A stretch of DNA of 64,000 nt from Bacteroidota bacterium (GTDB lineage: Bacteria > Bacteroidota > Bacteroidia > 2-12-FULL-35-15). The stretch spans positions 477 through 64,476 of the forward strand of contig SXIH01000040.1 of NCBI GenBank assembly GCA_005772895.1. The letters run 5' to 3'. Below are positions 1 to 9,294 of this stretch, one piece after another (within the stretch, counting starts at the first letter, position 1; every line of letters starts with the position of its first letter). The translations under genes were made by a program, and so were the position numbers. The notes below the pieces were generated by a model that saw nothing but the letters and a program-made list of their open reading frames with translations, was not told the origin of the DNA and did not search any database.

Positions 1-1215
1 CAATTCCAGTCTGAGGGCTCCGCTCCGTTAGTGGTGCGCGTCACTGTAGATGGCATCAGAAAGGAGATTTCTCTTAAGAAAAGAGTGCCAGTTGCTAAAT
101 GGAATAGTTCTAAAGAAACAGTTTCCGGAACCGACCACGAAACCAAATCGCTCAACAATTACATTGCAGAAGTGCGCACAGAGTTACACAATTGCTATAG
201 GACGATGCAAATTGATAAAAAGTTGATAACAGCTTTGGCAATTAAACAAGCTTTCCTTGGCGATGATCCTGACCAAAAATCTCTTTTGGATGTAATCGAG
301 TATCACAACAAAAGTATGCTTGAAACTTTAACATGGGGTACAGCAAAAAATTATTACACTACTAAGAAATATGTTGCTGAATTTTTAAAAGAGAAAAAAG
401 GCACAACGGATATTTATTTAACTCAACTCAATTATAAATTTCTCACAGAGTTCGAAATGTTTTTGCGTGGCCATGTACCAGGTGAAAATCAAAAACCTTG
501 CGGAAATAATACCGTGATGAAACACATTGAACGTTTCCGTAAAATCATTTCAATGGCAGTACGTAATGATTGGTTAAAACAAGATCCATTCATGAAGTTC
601 AAACCTAAGTTCATCAAAAAGGAAAGAGGTTTCTTAACGGAAATAGAATTAGCAGTAATTGAAAACAAAGACATTCACAACGCATCACTGAGAACGGTAA
701 GAGATTTATTTATTTTCTCATGCTACACAGGTTTAGCTTTTGCAGATTCGTACAATTTGAAAGCCGATGATATGAACAGAGGCATTGATGGAGAAATGTG
801 GTTAACAATACACCGTCAAAAAACGAATGTAAAAGCACAGATTCCACTTTTGCCACTAGCGTTAGAAATAATTGAGAGATACAAAGAGCACCCAAAAGCA
901 AAGGCGCACGGTACATTATTACCAATGCTCACCAATCAACGTTTCAATTCTTATCTTAAAGAAATTGCCGATATATGTGACATTTCTAAAAACCTAACGC
1001 ATCACTTGGCGCGCCATACTTTCGCAACAACTGTTTGTTTGCAAAATGGAATTTCTTTGGAAGCGACAGCCGGCATGATGGGTCACGCATCAACACGCAC
1101 CACCCAAATTTATGGTAAAATACTGCCGAAACGAATCAGTGCAGAAATGCAAATACTCAAAAATAAAATGAGTGGCAATGAAGGATATAAAGTTGGTTTT
1201 GTAAGAGAAGGGTAG
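1..1215 (+). CDS. int: Tyrosine recombinase / site-specific integrase, Bacteroidota type (5' end truncated by the window)
   Basis: Frame is open from base 1. Arm-binding-like N-terminus (VRVTVDG..KEISL), then FSCYTGLAFAD, RQKT, HLARHTFAT, GHAS and TQIYGK catalytic-domain motifs. Confidence 0.93.
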   Translation, partial: QFQSEGSAPLVVRVTVDGIRKEISLKKRVPVAKWNSSKETVSGTDHETKSLNNYIAEVRTELHNCYRTMQIDKKLITALAIKQAFLGDDPDQKSLLDVIEYHNKSMLETLTWGTAKNYYTTKKYVAEFLKEKKGTTDIYLTQLNYKFLTEFEMFLRGHVPGENQKPCGNNTVMKHIERFRKIISMAVRNDWLKQDPFMKFKPKFIKKERGFLTEIELAVIENKDIHNASLRTVRDLFIFSCYTGLAFADSYNLKADDMNRGIDGEMWLTIHRQKTNVKAQIPLLPLALEIIERYKEHPKAKAHGTLLPMLTNQRFNSYLKEIADICDISKNLTHHLARHTFATTVCLQNGISLEATAGMMGHASTRTTQIYGKILPKRISAEMQILKNKMSGNEGYKVGFVREG

Positions 1216-1230
1216 TATCCCCCTTCTCTT
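1203..1230. terminator. Hairpin overlapping the integrase stop
   Basis: AAGAGAAGGG-8 nt-CCCTTCTCTT perfect 10-bp inverted repeat. Confidence 0.5.
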
Positions 1231-1231
1231 C

Positions 1232-1293
1232 ATATACACAAATCCCTTATTTGTCTACACAATATACTGCGCATTAATTTCTTCGTATTTTTG
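1232..1293 (+). promoter_or_regulatory. Putative LytTR direct-repeat site plus Bacteroidota -7 promoter
   Basis: ATATACAC (1232) and GTCTACAC (1253) at 21-bp period, then GCATTAA and TAnnTTTG (1286-1293). Same layout as 3035-3097. Confidence 0.55.
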
Positions 1294-1297
1294 AGTA

Positions 1298-2332
1298 ATG
1301 AAAATGGCATCCATAAATCAAACCTTAATGATTTCCTTAAGCATTTTGCTTTGGACTGCTTTTGTGTTTTTACCTGTTGTTATGCCGGAAAGTCAGTACA
1401 ACGAATCGCCATCTAACCTATTTCATTTTCTGTACTTTTTAACACGCAGCATTTTTATTGCAACTTTCTACTTCAATTATTATTACCTGATACCAAAATA
1501 TTTGTACCAAAACAAAAGAGCAAAATATTTCGTCCTTTTTTTCGGGCTATTAATCATAGTTCCGGTGCTTTGTTTTTTTATTCGCAAAATAACGGCAGAT
1601 GCGTTTAATGTTTTTGTTCCAATGGACGCAATATTTACATCCTTTAAATTAATCCCATTGCTTTTTGGCCTACTCATTACATCCCTTGGCATTCGCTTAT
1701 TACAAGATTGGGTAAAAACTCAGCAGAAAAAAAAGGAAATCGAAGAAGAGAAATTAAAATCTGAATTGCTACTTCTTAAATCGCAAATCAATCCGCATTT
1801 TCTTTTTAATACACTTAATAATATTCGATCGCTTGCGCGGAAAAAATCGGATGACACAGAAGTTGCTATCGTAAAACTTTCTCAAATGATGCGTTACATG
1901 ATGAACGAAACATCAGCCGAAAAAGTTCCCCTTGAAAATGAAATCGACTACCTGAAAAATTATGTCGACCTACAAAAAATAAGACTTTCAAATAACACAA
2001 ATGTTACGCTCAATTTAACCGAAGATACTTTTGAAAATACCATTGCACCAATGCTCATTATTCCATTTGTAGAAAACGCATTTAAACATGGCGTAAATTC
2101 AAATGAAAAAAGTTTCATCCATATCAACATTAAAATTAATGGTGATGATTTTGTTTTGCAAGTAGAAAATTCTATAAGTAGATCCGGTTTTTTAAGTCAG
2201 GATGAAACATCTGGAATAGGATTGAAAAATGTAAAAGGGCGCCTTAATTTAATTTATCCTCATAAACATGAGTTAATTGTAAACGAACAACCCGACAAAT
2301 TTAGTATCACGTTAAAAATTAATCTTGCATGA
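1298..2332 (+). CDS. LytS/YehU-family membrane sensor histidine kinase
   Basis: N-terminal TM helices, LKSQINPHFLFNTLNNI, PMLIIPFVENAFKHG, SGIGLKNV motifs. Confidence 0.95.
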   Translation: MKMASINQTLMISLSILLWTAFVFLPVVMPESQYNESPSNLFHFLYFLTRSIFIATFYFNYYYLIPKYLYQNKRAKYFVLFFGLLIIVPVLCFFIRKITADAFNVFVPMDAIFTSFKLIPLLFGLLITSLGIRLLQDWVKTQQKKKEIEEEKLKSELLLLKSQINPHFLFNTLNNIRSLARKKSDDTEVAIVKLSQMMRYMMNETSAEKVPLENEIDYLKNYVDLQKIRLSNNTNVTLNLTEDTFENTIAPMLIIPFVENAFKHGVNSNEKSFIHINIKINGDDFVLQVENSISRSGFLSQDETSGIGLKNVKGRLNLIYPHKHELIVNEQPDKFSITLKINLA

Positions 2333-3027
2333 TTAATTGTATCGCAATAGATGATGAGCCATTGGCGATTGATATAATCGCAGATGATATCAGTAAGGTT
2401 GATTTTTTGCATTTGGTAAAAAAATGTACGAGTGCCAATGAAGCATTAGAAATTTTGGAGAAGGAGAAAATTGAATTGATATTTCTTGATATTCAAATGC
2501 CGGGCTTAAGCGGAATCCAATTCTTAAAAAGTTTCAAAAATCCACCAATTGTAATTTTTACAACTGCATATTCAAAATATGCTCTTGAAGGTTTTGACCT
2601 TGATGTTTTGGATTACCTTTTAAAGCCAATTCCCTTCGACCGATTCTTAAAAGCTTGCAATAAAGCAGCTGAGTTTATTGAATTCAAAAAGAGCACAAAA
2701 GAGGAATCAAAAAATAATTATTTTTTTATCAAGGCTGAGTACAAAACCATCAAAATTTCCAACGATGATGTCCTGCATGTAGAAGGATTGAAAGACTACG
2801 TGAAAATATTTTGCGAGAAAAAAACAACGGCACTCCTTACAAGAATGAACCTTAAAAACATGGAGGAAATACTTTCTACAAATAAATTCATTCGAGTACA
2901 CCGTTCCTTTATTGTCAACATTTCAAAGGTCAGTTCCGTTCAAAAGTCCTATATAATTGTAGGCGATAAGAAAATTCCTGTAGGCGATAATTACCGCGAT
3001 GAATTCATGAAAAGGTACAACGGATAA
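2329..3027 (+). CDS. LytTR-family response regulator
   Basis: Receiver (IDDEP, FLDIQMP, FTTAY, DYLLKP) plus LytTR (FIRVHRSFIVN). 4-bp overlap with the kinase. Confidence 0.96.
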   Translation: MINCIAIDDEPLAIDIIADDISKVDFLHLVKKCTSANEALEILEKEKIELIFLDIQMPGLSGIQFLKSFKNPPIVIFTTAYSKYALEGFDLDVLDYLLKPIPFDRFLKACNKAAEFIEFKKSTKEESKNNYFFIKAEYKTIKISNDDVLHVEGLKDYVKIFCEKKTTALLTRMNLKNMEEILSTNKFIRVHRSFIVNISKVSSVQKSYIIVGDKKIPVGDNYRDEFMKRYNG

Positions 3028-3034
3028 ACCCTCC

Positions 3035-3097
3035 GTCTACACATTTTCCTTCTCTGTCTACTCATTTGATATACGCATTAAACTATAAGTAATTTTG
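3035..3097 (+). promoter_or_regulatory. Putative LytTR direct-repeat site plus -7 promoter
   Basis: GTCTAC at 3035 and 3056 (21-bp period), GCATTAA, TAATTTTG at 3090-3097. Confidence 0.6.
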
Positions 3098-3145
3098 GGC
3101 ATCAAAGTGGTATATTATAAATCAAAAACCATAAAAACAATCACT

Positions 3146-4498
3146 ATGAAAAAACAACTATTAAAAATATTCGGAATTCTGCTTTTTGCAAACACGGTTT
3201 CAGCTCAGTCATTCGACCCGGTAATGGCAGCACAACTTCAAAACACCATTGATAGTATTAGAATTGCAAACAGCATAAAAGGGATTTCTGCTTGTGTTAT
3301 TTATCCCGGTCAAGGAACATGGAAAGGTGTTACGGGAGAATCCTATGCAGGTGTACCAATAACATCAGACATGGAATTTGGTATCGCCAGTAACACCAAA
3401 TTATTTACCGGTGTGTTGACCTTAAAGCTTGCAGAAAACAACATTATTAATCTCGATGATTCGCTTCATGAATGGCTACCTACCTTTCCTAATATTGATT
3501 CGAACATTACCATTCGTCAACTCTTGAATCACACCAGTGGGCTTGCAGACGTAAACAGTGTAGTTGGTTATTCTGATTCAATTCTCCTCGATCCATTTCA
3601 CATTTATTCACCAACTGATTTAATGACATGGGTTGGCACACCTTTATTTGCAGCAGGCACAAGTTGGAGTTATTGCAACACCAACTATTTATTAGCTGCA
3701 ATGATTGCAGAAAGTTCAACAGGTATAACCTATGGCCAACTTTTACATGATAGCATTCTTACTCCGCTTCAATTGGATAGTACATTCCTTGATGTTTATG
3801 ATGCCGTTTTAGGTACAGTTACACATCCTTGGCAAAGTGGAGTAGATAAAAATTCAATTCCGCGCGATGCTCTCAACAGCGCATCATGGTCCGCAGGTGG
3901 TATGTATTCTACTTCTGGAGAAATGGCACAATGGTATCAGGCATTAATGAGCGGTCAGGTTCTAAACAATTATGGATTTAATGAAATGACAACATTTGTT
4001 GGTTCCGGTAATTATGGAGTAGGTTTATATGAAACAACAATTTTAGGAAGAACAGTTTGGCAGCATGGTGGTACTATTTGGGGTGGATATAATTCAACCA
4101 TGATGTACGATACAACAACACAGGCAGTTATTTGCGTTCTTATTAATCAAAATCCTGCCCAGGCATTTCTTATTGCAAAAGAGATTCTTTCCGATCTTAT
4201 CACTTATCCATTGAGTGTAAATGAAAACACTTTGCAAAATACTTCGTTTTCAGTTTATCCAAACCCAACAAGCAATACACTTTTTGTAAAGTCTTTGCAG
4301 AGCCAAAGTAATTCAGTAAACATAGAAATTACAAACTCACTTGGTCAAACAGTTTTACAGCAAACACAAACAAGTACATCAACTGATGGTAGTTTTTCTG
4401 TTGATTTGGATGGAGTAACTCCCGGTTTCTACTTTTTAAAAATCACCTCCACTTCTAGCAATGAAACACAAGTAATAAAATTCATAAAGCAAAAGTAA
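3146..4498 (+). CDS. Serine hydrolase (beta-lactamase/PBP-like) with T9SS type A C-terminal domain
   Basis: Signal peptide from MKKQLL (start moved from 3095), SxxK (SNTK), YxN (YCN), LLNHTSG, HGG, and C-terminal YPNP...G.YFLKI. Confidence 0.88.
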   Translation: MKKQLLKIFGILLFANTVSAQSFDPVMAAQLQNTIDSIRIANSIKGISACVIYPGQGTWKGVTGESYAGVPITSDMEFGIASNTKLFTGVLTLKLAENNIINLDDSLHEWLPTFPNIDSNITIRQLLNHTSGLADVNSVVGYSDSILLDPFHIYSPTDLMTWVGTPLFAAGTSWSYCNTNYLLAAMIAESSTGITYGQLLHDSILTPLQLDSTFLDVYDAVLGTVTHPWQSGVDKNSIPRDALNSASWSAGGMYSTSGEMAQWYQALMSGQVLNNYGFNEMTTFVGSGNYGVGLYETTILGRTVWQHGGTIWGGYNSTMMYDTTTQAVICVLINQNPAQAFLIAKEILSDLITYPLSVNENTLQNTSFSVYPNPTSNTLFVKSLQSQSNSVNIEITNSLGQTVLQQTQTSTSTDGSFSVDLDGVTPGFYFLKITSTSSNETQVIKFIKQK

Positions 4499-4623
4499 AA
4501 AGTCTTTATATTTCGTTTTGCAAAATCGAAATAGTATTGCTGGCTATTTTTTTGATTATTATACCACAGTTTTCATTATTAATAATAGATTAATAAAAGC
4601 AGTTTGAGGTTGTGAATTTTGAA

Positions 4624-4702
4624 TACCTTTGTAATATACATTTTTCATAGTTTATTTTTTTTGTTTAAATCCCTTGTGTGCGTACACAGGGGATTTTTAT
4701 TT
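4624..4702 (+). ncRNA. Candidate ~60-nt small RNA (promoter, short U-rich body, terminator)
   Basis: TACCTTTG -7 box at 4624-4631, TTTTTCATAGTT body, strong hairpin AAATCCCTTGTGT-GCGT-ACACAGGGGATTT at 4667-4696 followed by a T run. Confidence 0.4.
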
Positions 4703-4856
4703 AGAATAACATTCATCTGGCCTTCATTTTGTGCCCCAAAAATCATTAAACAGTAAATCGAAAAAATATTGATAGTAACCAGTCCATTAATAAATTCAGA
4801 CAAGTTTTCAACTTATGCAGTTTTTCATCTCTTGTTAAGCCTAAAACCCATAGATC

Positions 4857-4883
4857 CGACCGTTTTCATTACACCGTTCGTCT
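4857..4883 (+). promoter_or_regulatory. Putative ECF sigma promoter
   Basis: CGACC-N17-CGTCT immediately upstream of the hydrolase-ECF operon. Confidence 0.5.
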
Positions 4884-4884
4884 A

Positions 4885-5769
4885 ATGAATATGGAAGCGC
4901 AATTACACACTTGGGTAGACCGTCAGGAGTATCCCTTTAAATCACAATGGTTATCACTTAAAGCTGGAAATATGCATTACATAGATGAAGGAGAAGGTGA
5001 GATTCTTCTCTTTCTCCATGGCAACCCGGTTTGGTCATATTCTTTCAGGAAATTAGTGAAAGTTCTGTCAAAAAAGTATCGTTGTATTGCAATTGATCAC
5101 TTAGGTTTCGGATTGTCTGATAAGCCACCCGGATTTAGTTACCTGCCGGAAGACCATTCTAAAAATCTAACTGAATTTATTGAATTAAAAGGGTTGAAAA
5201 ACATAACTCTTTTTGTTAATGATTGGGGTGGTCCAATTGGATTGAATTATGCTGTAAACTTTTCTGATAATATTGCAAAACTGGTTATTTTTAATACCTT
5301 CATGTGGTCAGTAAAAGGAGATAAACACTATGAAAAATTCAGTGCACTCATGGGAGGCAGAATTGGTAAGTTCCTCAACTTGAAATTTAACTTTTTTGGA
5401 AAAATTGTTATTCCAAAAGCTTATGGAGATAAAAACAGATTGGATAAGAAGACAAAATATCAATTAACCAGACATGTTCCTAGTCCAGCCGAAAGATTAG
5501 GGGTTTGGATTTTTCCGAAGGAAATAATCGGATCCTCTGAATGGCTAAACTCAATTTGGGAAAAAAGAAAGCAAATTGAGAATAAACAAACCCTATTAAT
5601 TTGGGGAATGAAAGACATTGCGTTTAGGCAAAAAGAGCTTGAAACGTTCAAATTATTTCTTAAAAACTCGCAAACTTTGGTTTTAGAAGATGTTGGTCAT
5701 TATGTTCAGGATGAAGCCGGAGAAAGTATTATAGAGCCGATAAACGAATTCTTAACAAGTAGCACATGA
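4885..5769 (+). CDS. Alpha/beta hydrolase, haloalkane dehalogenase-like
   Basis: HGNPVWSY, IDHLGFGLSDKP, DWGG nucleophile elbow, C-terminal GHYVQDE. Start may be 4891. Confidence 0.85.
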   Translation: MNMEAQLHTWVDRQEYPFKSQWLSLKAGNMHYIDEGEGEILLFLHGNPVWSYSFRKLVKVLSKKYRCIAIDHLGFGLSDKPPGFSYLPEDHSKNLTEFIELKGLKNITLFVNDWGGPIGLNYAVNFSDNIAKLVIFNTFMWSVKGDKHYEKFSALMGGRIGKFLNLKFNFFGKIVIPKAYGDKNRLDKKTKYQLTRHVPSPAERLGVWIFPKEIIGSSEWLNSIWEKRKQIENKQTLLIWGMKDIAFRQKELETFKLFLKNSQTLVLEDVGHYVQDEAGESIIEPINEFLTSST

Positions 5770-6590
5770 ATGATAGTGACACGCAATTGAAAAAAGCGCT
5801 GAATGGCGATATTAATGCATTTGAGAGTTTGTTTTCACAAATTCACCCCCAACTCAAGTCATACCTTTACCGATTGTTTGCTGATAGAAATGATGTTGAG
5901 GATATTTCACACGATACATTTGTAAAAGCATTTGATAAAATTTCAACTTTCAAAGGAGAATCGTCTCTTAAAACCTGGATATTTCAAATAGCAACAAACC
6001 TGGCATACGATGAACTGAGAAAAAGAAAGCGTTGGCAAGTTGATGTTCAGGATAGAGCTCGGGCACTTGCCGGCAGTAGTGATGAGATCAAGGCCGAATT
6101 TAAATCAGTCCAAAACAATTCGCCCTATGGCAACTATGAAATTATAGAACATATTGATTTTTGCTTTACCTGTATTTCAAAAACACTTGTTATTGAGCAA
6201 CAAATCGCTTTAATCTTAAAAGATATTTACGATTTTTCCGTTAAGGAAATTTCTTTAATAATTAATAAATCTGAAGGTGTGGTAAAACATTTGCTAATTG
6301 ATTCGAGAAAAATTATGACTAACATTTTTGATAATCGCTGCGCATTAATAAGCAAAAAAGGTATTTGTCATCAATGTTCAGAGCTTAATGGTTTTTTTAA
6401 TCCAAAACAGAATCAACAGGAAGTAATTCTTGCTCTTGATTTGGTTAAGGCATCTGATAAGTTTAACAGAGAAGAATTATTCGAGTTACGGACAAAACTT
6501 GTAAAGTCGATAAATCCACTGCAATCAAACGGTTCAGACTTACAGGAGGTGATAATGAAATGTACGCATCTGGCAATAACAAAAAATTAA
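5766..6590 (+). CDS. ECF sigma-70 factor with Cys-rich C-terminal extension
   Basis: DVEDISHDTF, FKGESSLKTWIFQIATN region 2, region 4 HTH, extension CALISKKGICHQC. Confidence 0.88.
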   Translation: MNDSDTQLKKALNGDINAFESLFSQIHPQLKSYLYRLFADRNDVEDISHDTFVKAFDKISTFKGESSLKTWIFQIATNLAYDELRKRKRWQVDVQDRARALAGSSDEIKAEFKSVQNNSPYGNYEIIEHIDFCFTCISKTLVIEQQIALILKDIYDFSVKEISLIINKSEGVVKHLLIDSRKIMTNIFDNRCALISKKGICHQCSELNGFFNPKQNQQEVILALDLVKASDKFNREELFELRTKLVKSINPLQSNGSDLQEVIMKCTHLAITKN

Positions 6591-6983
6591 TCAATGTGAT
6601 CTCAACCATTGCAAAGCATTGGAAACAGAATTAAACACCTTTGTTGGAATCCTTGGCTTTTGAAACTTCATAATAAAATTGGCAATAATTGTTTGAGGCA
6701 AAGAATTGGTAACGATAGCTAATGCAGTGATTGGATTAGTTGATTCTTCTGTAGAGGCGTAATTCCTTGCCTCTTCATCACATAAGGCCAGGTTACCTGC
6801 AACAACCATTACTTTATTTGGAATACCGTTCGTAATTGAAATTATGTTAGCGGTAATTTCTTTTGAATCCTTGATTGTAAAATAGTAATCATCTGCTAAT
6901 TGAATTTCTAGTATGCCATTATCATGTATAATGTATTTTGAATGAACACATTCAAATTTCAATTCAGGGCAAATAGCTTTCAT
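6591..6983 (-). CDS. STAS/SpoIIAA-like small protein (DUF7793-like)
   Basis: ALAIVTNS...IANFIMKFQKPRIPTKVFNSVSNALQWL pattern typical of this Bacteroidota family. Confidence 0.6.
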   Translation of the reverse strand: MKAICPELKFECVHSKYIIHDNGILEIQLADDYYFTIKDSKEITANIISITNGIPNKVMVVAGNLALCDEEARNYASTEESTNPITALAIVTNSLPQTIIANFIMKFQKPRIPTKVFNSVSNALQWLRSH

Positions 6984-7069
6984 TTATTCAATCGTTACGC
7001 AATAATAGTAATTATAAAAAAGCAAACAAGATTAATGTTCGCTTTTTTTATTTTTAAGAATTTACATTT

Positions 7070-7486
7070 TTAATCTTCCTTGGCTGCTAGCTGTCGTAAT
7101 TTTTTAAACGCAATAATGTACGGAATTAAAAACACTAAAAATGTTGCCATCATTCCAATTCCTCTAATTGAGAAGTGGTCAAGATAACCTACCAAAACCA
7201 TGTCGTAAAATTCCCTTGTAAAATTCATGATAAAAATTAAGAATATGAATTTTACATTTTGTGATTTTAAGGCGAATAATGTTGCAATTATCATAACAAA
7301 ATTCCTTCCGGCTAATGTGAAAATTGCTTGACGGTTTGCATCAATATTTTCAAATGTCCCATAAGCCCAAGATGGGTTTACGAATGCAGATATCATTTGA
7401 AACAATAAAATACAAACAACAATAACGTTAATTAAATTAATCCACATGGGGATTTTGTTGCGTTTGTAATTTGAACTTGGATTCAT
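7070..7486 (-). CDS. Hypothetical membrane protein (about 4 TM)
   Basis: 138-aa ORF with four hydrophobic segments, co-oriented with neighbours. Confidence 0.7.
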   Translation of the reverse strand: MNPSSNYKRNKIPMWINLINVIVVCILLFQMISAFVNPSWAYGTFENIDANRQAIFTLAGRNFVMIIATLFALKSQNVKFIFLIFIMNFTREFYDMVLVGYLDHFSIRGIGMMATFLVFLIPYIIAFKKLRQLAAKED

Positions 7487-7491
7487 TGTAA

Positions 7492-8328
7492 TTAGAATTT
7501 ACCGTTTGTATTTTTCCATTCTTCTTTAGGTGTTAATGGCTCAATCACATCCCAATGCTCAACAACTTTACCATTCTCAATTCTAAATAAATCATAAAAG
7601 GTCGCTTCTTTACCTCCCATTATTCCTTCGGATTGAACCAGAACAAAGTCTCCTTCAGCTAAAACAAGATGAGTTTTGTTAACCTTAAACCAAAATTGCT
7701 CCTTCGCCATTTTTATCATAAAGGCAAATGCTTCTTTTCCATCTGGTGATCCGGGATTGTGTTGAATGTATTTCTCGGAACTGATGTAAGTATCGATCTT
7801 GGATAAATCTCCCCCGATAAATACATCAGCGTACATGGCCTGAATAAGTTTCTTATTATCTGCGGTTTTATTTAAATCACTGGCTTTGACCACTCCGTCA
7901 ATCATAGTGTGACCACTTTTACTTTGCGTTTCGGTAGTTTGCATGTTGTCCCAATGCTCAACGATTAAACCGTTTTCAAATCTGAAAATATCAATAAATA
8001 TTTTTGGTCCGTAGATATCCCCCTCACTATGGGTAAAAACATAATTACTATCTTCAAATACACGAATTACATTTGTTTTATAACCATTGGCCGGTTTGTA
8101 TTTTATGAAACCATAAAAACCTTGTATGCCATCAGGTGCTCCTGCATTGTGTTGAATGTATTTGTTAGGGTTTATGTATAACGATGCCGCAGTAGTGTCA
8201 CCGGTTTCAACACTTTTTATAATGGCTAATACTTTCTCTTTGTTTGTCATTTTCGTGTTTTTTGTTTGTGCGTTTGAATAGTTAATTGTTGTAGTAACCA
8301 ATAATGCTAATGCGATTAGTTTTCTCAT
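7492..8328 (-). CDS. Secreted tandem SnoaL/NTF2-like protein
   Basis: Signal peptide from MRKLIAL (start moved from 8382). Two repeats of YIQHN..PDG...FRFENGLIVEHWD / FRIENGKVVEHWD. Confidence 0.85.
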   Translation of the reverse strand: MRKLIALALLVTTTINYSNAQTKNTKMTNKEKVLAIIKSVETGDTTAASLYINPNKYIQHNAGAPDGIQGFYGFIKYKPANGYKTNVIRVFEDSNYVFTHSEGDIYGPKIFIDIFRFENGLIVEHWDNMQTTETQSKSGHTMIDGVVKASDLNKTADNKKLIQAMYADVFIGGDLSKIDTYISSEKYIQHNPGSPDGKEAFAFMIKMAKEQFWFKVNKTHLVLAEGDFVLVQSEGIMGGKEATFYDLFRIENGKVVEHWDVIEPLTPKEEWKNTNGKF

Positions 8329-8342
8329 ATTTTCTTTAAATT

Positions 8343-8759
8343 TTAATTGTTTGATTTTAATTGCGCTATTGCAGTCGGCCATTCTTCTAAATGGTAAACC
8401 ATTTTAATTTGACCATTTTCTACAGTATGAATATCGATAGACATTGTTTCGAATGATTTTGAACCATCTAAAACCAAGCCCATAAACTCTCCGGAAGGTG
8501 ACCCGCTAAATTTACTTCTCACAATAACCTTATTGCCTTCTTGTAATATTTCTTGTGGAATCCATTTTAAATCTGGCACAAACTTCCAAAAGAAACCAAT
8601 CTGACCAATTAAGGCTTGTTTAGTTTTTGTTTCCTGTGCATTAACAGATTTAAAATCATCAGCCAAAAGTTTATTCATAATGTCAACCGGATTACTGCGA
8701 TTGTTTACAGTTAAACATTCGGTGTAGAATGTTTTAACCAAGTCTTTTATATTTTCCAT
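8343..8759 (-). CDS. SnoaL-like ester cyclase family protein
   Basis: EGNKVIVR..FSG...GEFMG...SIDIHTVENGQI motif. Confidence 0.8.
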   Translation of the reverse strand: MENIKDLVKTFYTECLTVNNRSNPVDIMNKLLADDFKSVNAQETKTKQALIGQIGFFWKFVPDLKWIPQEILQEGNKVIVRSKFSGSPSGEFMGLVLDGSKSFETMSIDIHTVENGQIKMVYHLEEWPTAIAQLKSNN

Positions 8760-8849
8760 TTTTTTGTTTTTGTTTGAGCAAAACTACTACCTTTGTCTAA
8801 ACAAATAGTTTAGTCAATAATTTAATATATAGTACATTATTATAGACCA

Positions 8850-9218
8850 ATGGCAAACACTAGAAAAAATAAAGATTACAACCCCAATAATTGTCCTGTA
8901 ACAAGTTGCATGAATAAAATAGGCGGCAAATGGAAACCTGTGGTTATATTCTTAATTACTATCGGTAAAAATCGTTTTAGTCTTCTGCAAAAGGCTATTC
9001 CTGATATATCAAAGCAAATGCTGGTAAATCAATTACGAGAACTTGAAGAAGATAATATTATAGAGCGGGTCATTTATGCTGAAATTCCACCAAGAGTGGA
9101 ATACAGTATCAGTAAATACGGAGAAACTATTTTACCAATTATTTCTGTTATGGCCGATTGGGGTAAAAAGGATTTAAAGAAATTTCCGAAAATGAAAGAT
9201 TTTAAGTCGAAAAATTGA
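8850..9218 (+). CDS. HxlR-family winged-helix regulator
   Basis: CPV...IGGKWK...RFS.LQKAIPDISKQML..QLRELE.D...R..Y.EIPPRVEYS. Divergent from the SnoaL genes. Confidence 0.93.
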   Translation: MANTRKNKDYNPNNCPVTSCMNKIGGKWKPVVIFLITIGKNRFSLLQKAIPDISKQMLVNQLRELEEDNIIERVIYAEIPPRVEYSISKYGETILPIISVMADWGKKDLKKFPKMKDFKSKN

Positions 9219-9242
9219 CATTTCAAATAATTTTCACTTCCA

Positions 9243-9284
9243 CCCAACCTCATTACCCCAATTTGTATCTTTAAAATATAGAGA
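9243..9284 (+). promoter_or_regulatory. Putative ECF promoter (autoregulatory copy)
   Basis: CCCAACCT-N12-TTGTATCTT...TAGAGA, repeated with identical core spacing at 11506-11546. Confidence 0.6.
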
Positions 9285-9294
9285 AGTATCGAAA

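Noticed and set aside
720-755. Integrase TGLAFAD lacking the canonical first Arg, suggesting a dead enzyme
   Set aside because: Substitution at this position is common in Bacteroidota integrases (for example IntDOT-like), and the other catalytic residues are intact.
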